Part shown: positions 57,152 through 64,000 of the stretch, in pieces
How the letters are laid out: every line of letters starts with the position of its first letter
Numbering within the stretch: position 1 is the first letter of the stretch
Assembly: GCA_002433895.1 (NCBI GenBank)
Contig: DJJA01000003.1
Location: 447,745 to 511,744 of the forward strand
Source: Candidatus Gottesmanbacteria bacterium UBA6580
Lineage (GTDB): Bacteria; Patescibacteriota; Microgenomatia; UBA10105; UBA927
Reading direction: 5' to 3'
Length of the DNA stretch: 64,000 nt
The notes under the pieces: model-generated
Seen by the model: the letters and a program-made list of their open reading frames with translations, nothing else
Database searches by the model: none
Told to the model about the DNA's origin: nothing
Program-made: the position numbers and the translations under genes

Positions 57152-58018
57152 ATGCAATGTCTTCTTTGTATCAAGCCACTTGAGAAGTATCTCTATAAGA
57201 ATGGTTACTGGATATACCGGTGCCCCATTTGCCATCTGGGACAAACCGATCTTAAAAAAAATTATAAGCAATTTGTAAAGGAGTTTTATTCTAAAGGCTA
57301 CTACGAAGGCGATCCTACACGCAGCGCGTATGCGGATTATGAGCTTGATAAGCCGTTGATCGTAAGAAATATGAGCAAGCTCCTTTCCTTTGTCGTTCCT
57401 AAAAAGAAAACAGGAAGGTTGCTCGATGTCGGATGTGCATTTGGTTATTTTGTAGAGCTCGCCCTTTCCCGGGGATACGACGCCTACGGATTTGATCCAT
57501 CATCATTTGCGGTTTCACAAGCGAGGAAGCTTGTAGGGAAAAAACGTATCACTGAAGGAACTATCGGAGATGTTGCGTATCCCACAGCGAGTTTTGACAT
57601 TATCACTATGTTTGATGTGTTTGAACACCTTGAAGATCCGCTTAACGATATGAAGAAATTGTCCGCCCTTCTTAAGCCTGATGGCGTTATTATTATCGCG
57701 ACCGGCGATACCCGGAGTCTGGCTGCTAAAATTATGAAGCGCCGTTGGACATTTTTCATACCTCCCCAGCATATTTTCTTTTTTGACAGAGAAAACGTTG
57801 CCTCGCTTTTGAAGCGCGCAAAATTACGGCCTGGCGCGTGGTATCGGGTAGGAAAGTGGTTGAGCTTGGGGTATATTCTCCATTTAGCCAGAACGACCGG
57901 AGAAAGCAGCGCCGCTCAGCTGATCTATAAGCTGGTGAACAAGACTATCCTCATGCGGTTGCCATTGTATGTTCCTATGAAAGATAATATGGTCATTCTT
58001 GCGAACAAGCTGCCATAA
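57152..58018 (+). CDS. Class I SAM-dependent methyltransferase with N-terminal CxxC...CxxC
   Basis: CLLC...CPIC, LLDVGCAFG, FDIITMFDVFEH, LKPDG. Confidence 0.85.
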   Translation: MQCLLCIKPLEKYLYKNGYWIYRCPICHLGQTDLKKNYKQFVKEFYSKGYYEGDPTRSAYADYELDKPLIVRNMSKLLSFVVPKKKTGRLLDVGCAFGYFVELALSRGYDAYGFDPSSFAVSQARKLVGKKRITEGTIGDVAYPTASFDIITMFDVFEHLEDPLNDMKKLSALLKPDGVIIIATGDTRSLAAKIMKRRWTFFIPPQHIFFFDRENVASLLKRAKLRPGAWYRVGKWLSLGYILHLARTTGESSAAQLIYKLVNKTILMRLPLYVPMKDNMVILANKLP

Positions 58019-58041
58019 GGATTATTATTGATGAGTTACAT

Positions 58042-59745
58042 ATGAATTTATTCCGAACGTATTGGAGGCCCACGCTTATTTTTCTTCTGCTCCTTAGTAT
58101 TTTTTTAACCAACGCATTCCACGAAAAATATCCTGACGAGTTTGACAGTATTGTGGGTGGGAGATATATCACCGAAGGGAAATTGCCGTACCGGGATTGG
58201 TTTCAGCATCATCAACCGGGAGCCTATGTCATGGCGGCGACCATCCTCCCGTTTAGCGGCCAGTCATTCGTAAAGTTTAGGATAGGGTGGGAAGTAATGT
58301 TATTTGCCATGCTTGTGGGTTCGTATTTTTTGCTCAAAGCAAGGCTTCCGAAGCGCGATATATCGTTTTACCTCGTGCTTTTATTTGTTTTGGGAATTTC
58401 TGCAACCTATTTTTGGGGGCACATGCTGCTTGCGGATACGTTGGCCGGGTATTTTATGTTGCCGGCATTCGCGCTTCTTTTTCTTAAGGATTACTACAGG
58501 GAAAAATTCGGGGCAACCGATCTCGTTATTGTTGGATGGTTCGCGTTTTTGAGCTGGTTTACCTCCATGACATATATATTTATCGTGGTTGCACTATCGC
58601 TTTACGCGCTCTACCTGTTTATTGCTACTAATACTCAAAAAGCTGTGTTTATGAGGTTGCTTCACGGTATTGGTTTGCTCGCTGTGCCGTATGTGGTGTT
58701 TGGACTTTATTTGCTCTTAAGCGGCAGTATCAAGGATTATTATTGGGCAAACGTTGTTTACAATACTAATTATTATATTTATAACTACCCTCACGAACCG
58801 GGAGCGCCCATTAATCCAATCCGGTATGCCGCGGTCATTTTTGATACATTTATCAATAACTACACGCTTGCGGTGTGGGGCGCAAAAGAGTTTCCGTTAA
58901 GCAACCCCGTGCAGGTGACCATAGCGTTTTCATCCGTGGTTGCGATCATACTGGTGATACTACGCAAACGCTGGTTATTTTTATTCCCGCTTCTGACGAC
59001 GCTTATTTTTTCTAACGCGAGAAGTAATCCCCAGTCCATACGGGAGACCGATTACCAGGCGTTTGTCTATATTATTACTTCGATGTTTAACGGGCTTTTT
59101 TCACTATGGGCAATCCGTGAGCTCATCGATGAGGAAAAAGTAGCCTTCTCTAAAAAAATAACGCTTTCGTTACTCTTTATGGCTCTTACGTTATATTGGA
59201 TTGCAACTCCCATTTACTTCGTGATGAAGATGGAGCAGAAATTTTTTCCGAAATATATGGGAAAGTTGCCGCTAATTTATGACCGGCCACAAGTGGCGCC
59301 ATACATAAACGCGATTGTTTCTCCCGATGATTTAGTTTTTATTGGCCCGTTTGAATTTGAGGAATTGTTTTATCTTCACACCAAACGGCAACCGAGTAAA
59401 TATCACTGGTTTCTAAATCACGCAGCAACGAGCAAAATTAAAGACGAGCTGATAGAGGATTTATCCCGGAACCGCCCGAAGATAGTCGTATTTAACCGGG
59501 GGTTTGCTCCATGGGGCGGAGACGCCACTACCTATAATTGGTGGATGTCGGATTTCCTCGATGAACATTATTTCAGATTATTTTCGCTTAACGAAACACT
59601 TACTGACAAGCAGTACCGCTGGAAGATAGGAAAGACCGAAAATTTCGACATAGATGGGATGTTTAATTTTGATAAACGGTATCAGGCAGAACTTCTGGAT
59701 AAGATGATTTCATTGGGCTATATTGAGGTTATCCCCGGTAAATAA
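58042..59745 (+). CDS. Multipass membrane protein, putative GT-C glycosyltransferase
   Basis: PDEFD...G...G.LPYRD.F.HH.PG first-loop signature; many TMs. Confidence 0.7.
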   Translation: MNLFRTYWRPTLIFLLLLSIFLTNAFHEKYPDEFDSIVGGRYITEGKLPYRDWFQHHQPGAYVMAATILPFSGQSFVKFRIGWEVMLFAMLVGSYFLLKARLPKRDISFYLVLLFVLGISATYFWGHMLLADTLAGYFMLPAFALLFLKDYYREKFGATDLVIVGWFAFLSWFTSMTYIFIVVALSLYALYLFIATNTQKAVFMRLLHGIGLLAVPYVVFGLYLLLSGSIKDYYWANVVYNTNYYIYNYPHEPGAPINPIRYAAVIFDTFINNYTLAVWGAKEFPLSNPVQVTIAFSSVVAIILVILRKRWLFLFPLLTTLIFSNARSNPQSIRETDYQAFVYIITSMFNGLFSLWAIRELIDEEKVAFSKKITLSLLFMALTLYWIATPIYFVMKMEQKFFPKYMGKLPLIYDRPQVAPYINAIVSPDDLVFIGPFEFEELFYLHTKRQPSKYHWFLNHAATSKIKDELIEDLSRNRPKIVVFNRGFAPWGGDATTYNWWMSDFLDEHYFRLFSLNETLTDKQYRWKIGKTENFDIDGMFNFDKRYQAELLDKMISLGYIEVIPGK

Positions 59746-59751
59746 ATACCG

Positions 59752-61713
59752 CTATTGCATGAGTAAGGGCGGAGGTAAGCGCTCCAGATCAATCTTCATG
59801 AGGGTGACATGTTCTGTTTTTAGTTCGGGTACCAGCCAGTAAGCAGACTTGGTCGCTTGCACCGCGACACTGGTATCTAATATCAGATAGTCGATCCCTG
59901 AAAGCTTCAGAAGTTTTTTTATTACCCTGGGCGAGCCGGGCTTTGTGATGACGTTCAGGGTATGCTCACGGTCAAGAGTGCGGGCGCCAAATTGCCGGAG
60001 AAGCCCGGGTGAAGACAGATATTGCTGACGGCCGGTGAGAAGATACAAGTACGGGCCGTTTTGATCCGGGCTGATATACCGGGCGGCATTGGCGATAAGC
60101 GAGTCTTCCGGAGTCGTGCGCAGATAATCGATGACCTTTTGTGTATCCGGTTCAACGATCGGGTAAAGATCCCTGACGCGTTTGATATGCTCATTCATTT
60201 CATACGCGGCTCTTGGAAGTGTCATGACAATCACGATAATGGTAATAAATGCATATATAAGTTTGCGTTTGATGAGGATTTCCTGCAGCTTGGTCAGCAC
60301 GAGGGCCGCGTAAAGTGAAAGGAAGAGAAATACGTTGACATGGAAGTTGAATGTATTGCTTCCTCCCGTATTTTGCTGGAAGAATGATCCGATAATAAAG
60401 TGAATGATGAGTGAAGTTACCAGGATGAGGTGCATGTAAAACGGGAACCGTGATGATGTGCCCCGAATAGGGATGAGACCGATAAGTTTGGTGCCAAATA
60501 TGCAGACCATGTAAATCGCCATAAACAGGAGGTCGTATAGCAGCGCCTTGAAGTGTTTATTATCCTGCTCAAAAATCATCCGCGCCATGTCGAGGTGTAT
60601 GAGCGAAAAGCCCGGTTGGGAGATAAAGTTTTCGAACCGCCAAAATTTTACGAAATATAATCCGCCGGCTTCAGCGTTTACAGGGAGATATACAATAGCG
60701 CTTAGTATGAGCGAAACTGTAAGCAGCATCAGCGTGTTCCGTTTTCCTTTTATAAAGTCGTATAACGCGAGCGCGACGAGACCGGTGAGTAAAAAAAATG
60801 CAAGATACACCTTAAGTCCTACCGTGGCTGATAAAAGAAGTGAAAGCGTTATTATTTTCCTGACGTCCAGCTTTTCCCGCCAGAGTGAGTAAAGCGAGAG
60901 CCATACGAGTACGATGACTACGGCATAGCTCCGCGGAGGGTTGCTAAGGAACCGGATACCATCTTCAAGTGAGCTCCCCGGGAACGAAAGGACGCGTTCC
61001 TGTATAAGCGGAATAAGGTAAATCATGTCGCCGCCAAAATAGAAAAAGAAAAGAAGCCATCGGGTGAACACAGGCTTCACGCTAAGGCGCCACGAAAGCG
61101 CGATAAGCGCAAGTCCTAAGGATAACGAAAGTAAAACACCCGAATAACGGAATTGGAGCAATATCTGATCGACATGAAATACCCTTACCGTGTCGGCGAT
61201 GACCAAATTAGACCAGTAATGGTAGTTATGGAGTGTTTGCCCTGTTATACCCGGGTAGTGAGGTGGAAAGGATTCAAGAATCGACTTTGTTATGGATGCG
61301 TACCAAATATTATCGTTTGGGTCGCCGCAGCAAGAAACCCAGGTGTTTCCAGAAGGTTGGAGAACATTCCAGAGCACTATGCTTTGACAGGCAACCCCGA
61401 TAATAAGGAGAATTAATGTTGGTTTATCTTTCCCTATCCCGATGATTGAGTCCCGGATTTCACTGAGAACCTTAGGGTGTTTTATTGTAATCCAAAGAAA
61501 AGCAGCGACACATACCCCCAGATATCCATATACTGCCAAAGGCAGGTGAAGCCATCCAAAAATCCATGCCTGCCATCCCCAAAGCGCTATTCCCAACGGG
61601 GCGGCGAGCACCGTTTGGTATGCCGGCGGCGTCTTCGTTAGTCTGAGCAGGAGCCATCCGGGAATCCAGTATGTGACTGTAAAAATAAGGAGGATATAAA
61701 AAAATACTTCCAT
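59752..61713 (-). CDS. Multipass membrane protein, putative GT-C glycosyltransferase
   Basis: D...Y.....I....PP..P......L.NYHY motif after the N-terminal TMs; many TMs; start placed at 61713. Confidence 0.65.
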   Translation of the reverse strand: MEVFFYILLIFTVTYWIPGWLLLRLTKTPPAYQTVLAAPLGIALWGWQAWIFGWLHLPLAVYGYLGVCVAAFLWITIKHPKVLSEIRDSIIGIGKDKPTLILLIIGVACQSIVLWNVLQPSGNTWVSCCGDPNDNIWYASITKSILESFPPHYPGITGQTLHNYHYWSNLVIADTVRVFHVDQILLQFRYSGVLLSLSLGLALIALSWRLSVKPVFTRWLLFFFYFGGDMIYLIPLIQERVLSFPGSSLEDGIRFLSNPPRSYAVVIVLVWLSLYSLWREKLDVRKIITLSLLLSATVGLKVYLAFFLLTGLVALALYDFIKGKRNTLMLLTVSLILSAIVYLPVNAEAGGLYFVKFWRFENFISQPGFSLIHLDMARMIFEQDNKHFKALLYDLLFMAIYMVCIFGTKLIGLIPIRGTSSRFPFYMHLILVTSLIIHFIIGSFFQQNTGGSNTFNFHVNVFLFLSLYAALVLTKLQEILIKRKLIYAFITIIVIVMTLPRAAYEMNEHIKRVRDLYPIVEPDTQKVIDYLRTTPEDSLIANAARYISPDQNGPYLYLLTGRQQYLSSPGLLRQFGARTLDREHTLNVITKPGSPRVIKKLLKLSGIDYLILDTSVAVQATKSAYWLVPELKTEHVTLMKIDLERLPPPLLMQ

Positions 61714-61714
61714 A

Positions 61715-63388
61715 TTATTTCGAAAGTGCGGTGACAAACACCGCCGGCGCGTTTCTTCCTGATAGGGTGTCGATATACTGGTATTTGTCACGGTTTTTTT
61801 CAAATTCAATACGGGCAAGGATGAATAGCGTTTTCTCCCGGCTGGTCGCGATTAATTTTTTAGGATCAACCGTTGTGTCATAGAGAAATATTTCATTTTT
61901 ATCCCATTCGGCGCCGGTAAACATATACTTACCCCAACCCCGGGTTGTTCCCTCTCTCTGGTAAAGTCGGGGATCGGTATTGCCCCAGTACAGCATAAAA
62001 ATATAAGGCCGCCAGTGGTATCCTGAGATGACGATACGGTCGTATGACGACTCATTCGCTTTTACGTACCGGATCATTTGCTCATATCCGTCTCCAAACG
62101 CAAGTGCATTTTGTGTGGGATTGACGATTAAATATGAGTGATAGAAAGCATAGAAGAAATACACAAGGAGGAGGGCAAACGGAATTACTCCATAAAATAG
62201 CCTCCGCTTTCGTTCAATAGCAAGCATTAGTTCCGCCGCTCCGAGTCCGGAGCAAATAGCAAGAAATGGGGAAGCAAGCAGTGTCCGGAGCGCGTTGGGT
62301 TGATTTGTGCTTAATGCTCCCGGCAGAAACGCTGCTAAAAACCAGGAGATAAGCAGCCATTTTGAGGGGTGTGAGAAGTTAATAATATACAGGACTCCAA
62401 TTGCTATGGTGACGATCTCAAACGGGTGCTGCAGCCCGTACGCGCTTGTGCCGCTTTCAAATACATGTAGCGGCGCTATGTTTTTCCAGTAATTATCCGC
62501 GGCAGCGGCAATAAGTGCGGTTTTTTGGTTATACAATATTTTGGTAACTATGGTGGGGCTTTCGGCATATTTTTTGATAAACGTGTCTTTCCACGCAAGA
62601 TAGTTCGGATCATTGACGATGCTGACGATAGATATCCGTTCTAATCCTCCGGGGGTTATCATCTGATTGCCAATAGGAAGGAGGGTGATGACAAATAAAA
62701 AGATCGAAGTAAAAATTATGCCTTTATATGAGGCAAGCTTGTTTCGTTGTACCAGTACATATGAAAGGAGGACAAACGGAATTACCAGTCGCACAGAATA
62801 ATAGAAGTACACCGATACGCTCAATAAAAGTGCCGCAAGTATAAGCGCGCGATGTTTTCGTAATGAAAGGAGTAACATATAGGTGCCGAAGCTCAAAAAA
62901 AACAGCGCGCCGTTTGATTCAAATAACTGCCGGGAAAAATTGATATGCCAGGGCGATATCGCGAAGAAAAAAGCGGCTGATAAAGCATATACCTGTGCGG
63001 GTAGTATGCTTGTTGATTTACCTGAGTGATCCCGGTACTGTTTTATAAGTTCATATACCAGCAGATAGACGATAAGTATTGTCAATGATCCGAGTAACGC
63101 TGAAGGGACACGGGCGCCCAACGCAGTGCGTCCGAATAGCAGCACCGAGGGGATAGTGGCGTACACCATGCCGGGAAGTTTATAGTCGTCAAAAGATTTA
63201 AATAGGAGTGGATACGGCTGTCCATATTCATCTTTTCCGGTTACTGCAAGGGAATACGCGTTGTACGCGATTGCTGTTTCATCATGCGAAAGAGATGGCG
63301 GTACGGTGGTGATCCGGTAAAAGCGCAGGAACGTACCCAATAAAACGATTCCCAAAAGTAAGAGTAGATAGGTATATTTTGGTTTCAT
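61715..63388 (-). CDS. GT-C fold glycosyltransferase (GT39/PMT_2-like)
   Basis: LRFY....PP....DE....YNAYS....GKDEYG, SF.DYK.P, SPWHINFSR..FE. Confidence 0.82.
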   Translation of the reverse strand: MKPKYTYLLLLLGIVLLGTFLRFYRITTVPPSLSHDETAIAYNAYSLAVTGKDEYGQPYPLLFKSFDDYKLPGMVYATIPSVLLFGRTALGARVPSALLGSLTILIVYLLVYELIKQYRDHSGKSTSILPAQVYALSAAFFFAISPWHINFSRQLFESNGALFFLSFGTYMLLLSLRKHRALILAALLLSVSVYFYYSVRLVIPFVLLSYVLVQRNKLASYKGIIFTSIFLFVITLLPIGNQMITPGGLERISIVSIVNDPNYLAWKDTFIKKYAESPTIVTKILYNQKTALIAAAADNYWKNIAPLHVFESGTSAYGLQHPFEIVTIAIGVLYIINFSHPSKWLLISWFLAAFLPGALSTNQPNALRTLLASPFLAICSGLGAAELMLAIERKRRLFYGVIPFALLLVYFFYAFYHSYLIVNPTQNALAFGDGYEQMIRYVKANESSYDRIVISGYHWRPYIFMLYWGNTDPRLYQREGTTRGWGKYMFTGAEWDKNEIFLYDTTVDPKKLIATSREKTLFILARIEFEKNRDKYQYIDTLSGRNAPAVFVTALSK

Positions 63389-63389
63389 A

Positions 63390-63998
63390 CTATTTGTCCG
63401 TATCGATGACTACAAACTGCGCTGTATTATCCGGCAGGCGTATGGTTGCGGTTATTTTTGGTCCGAGGGTATCCGGCGCTTCATCGCGGTTAACAATAAG
63501 CAGTGTGTTAGGGCGGGCCATATCCTTATCCCAATCGATAGCACGGAATGAAAACCTTCCAAATCCTGCAACATCAGTAAATCCGTCCCGTGAAATAGGG
63601 TAGCGCACGGCTTGTTGCTGATAATCCCGGGGGTTATAGCCGCTATAAAACAATACATAGATATAGGGTGATGTTTCAGGGTGCGTCATAATAACATCTT
63701 TACCGCTGTTTTCTGGGCGCATAAGTAGCGGTGTGAGCATCTTGTATGCGTATCCCCAATTGGCGGCTTCCTTGACGGGGAAGTGGGCATAATACCTATC
63801 AAGATAGTATCCCATGGTACTTCCATAAAAAATAATAAGAATTGCACAAAGTGCAGCGCTTGCTTTTTTGGGTATCTGATGCATGAGTTCATTTATTCCT
63901 GCGGCCGTAGCGAGCGCGAGCGCCGGGACAATGGCCAGCATGCGGTTGCTATGGGGCGCGTCTTTGGTAATCGCCGCGGCAACTCCGCCAATGATGAG
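63390..63998 (-). CDS. C-terminal part of a GT39-like membrane glycosyltransferase (start lies beyond the window)
   Basis: Frame open to the window end (AAIT.D.PH..R), W.Y.YK, PYIY.LFY..Y.P..YQ, parallel to the neighbouring gene. Confidence 0.7.
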   Translation of the reverse strand, partial: LIIGGVAAAITKDAPHSNRMLAIVPALALATAAGINELMHQIPKKASAALCAILIIFYGSTMGYYLDRYYAHFPVKEAANWGYAYKMLTPLLMRPENSGKDVIMTHPETSPYIYVLFYSGYNPRDYQQQAVRYPISRDGFTDVAGFGRFSFRAIDWDKDMARPNTLLIVNRDEAPDTLGPKITATIRLPDNTAQFVVIDTDK

Positions 63999-64000
63999 CC

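Noticed and set aside
1-64000. CRISPR array, rRNA/tRNA, prophage, transposase, defence systems, alternative genetic code
   Set aside because: No spaced direct repeats, RNA gene signatures or such protein motifs seen; conserved genes end at TGA, so no sign of TGA recoding.

Overview
A gene-dense 64 kb bacterial chromosome segment read in the standard code (TGA is a stop). Gene content and style (class I LysRS, short TsaB, many 4-bp ATGA stop/start overlaps, -10 boxes sitting just upstream of ATG, a very large GT-C/YfhO glycosylation island) suggest a Patescibacteria/CPR genome, probably Microgenomates-like; this placement is inference. The first 30 kb is housekeeping: acetylpolyamine-deacetylase-like HDAC, lysK fused to a B3/4 domain, HD hydrolase, rdgB, serS, secA, two DsbA-family genes, a MacAB-type exporter, hsp20 with a CIRCE, ruvCAB, Fur/Zur plus ZIP, prfB, ftsEX plus an M23 protein, and tsaECB. 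From 31 to 64 kb is a surface-glycan locus (rmlABD, ugd, gmd-like, Wzx, GT2/GT4, about 11 multipass GT-C-like proteins). Main observations: (1) a 137-bp hairpin element with 20-bp terminal inverted repeats inserted exactly into an ATGA stop/start overlap, which it has duplicated; (2) a class I LysRS carrying a PheRS-type B3/4 editing domain; (3) two apparently circularly permuted exported enzymes, a DsbA and an M23 peptidase; (4) an in-frame 69-bp palindromic insertion in ruvC; (5) frequent leaderless-type promoters. I saw no rRNA, tRNA, CRISPR array or transposase. All calls come from reading motifs by eye; no database searches were run.
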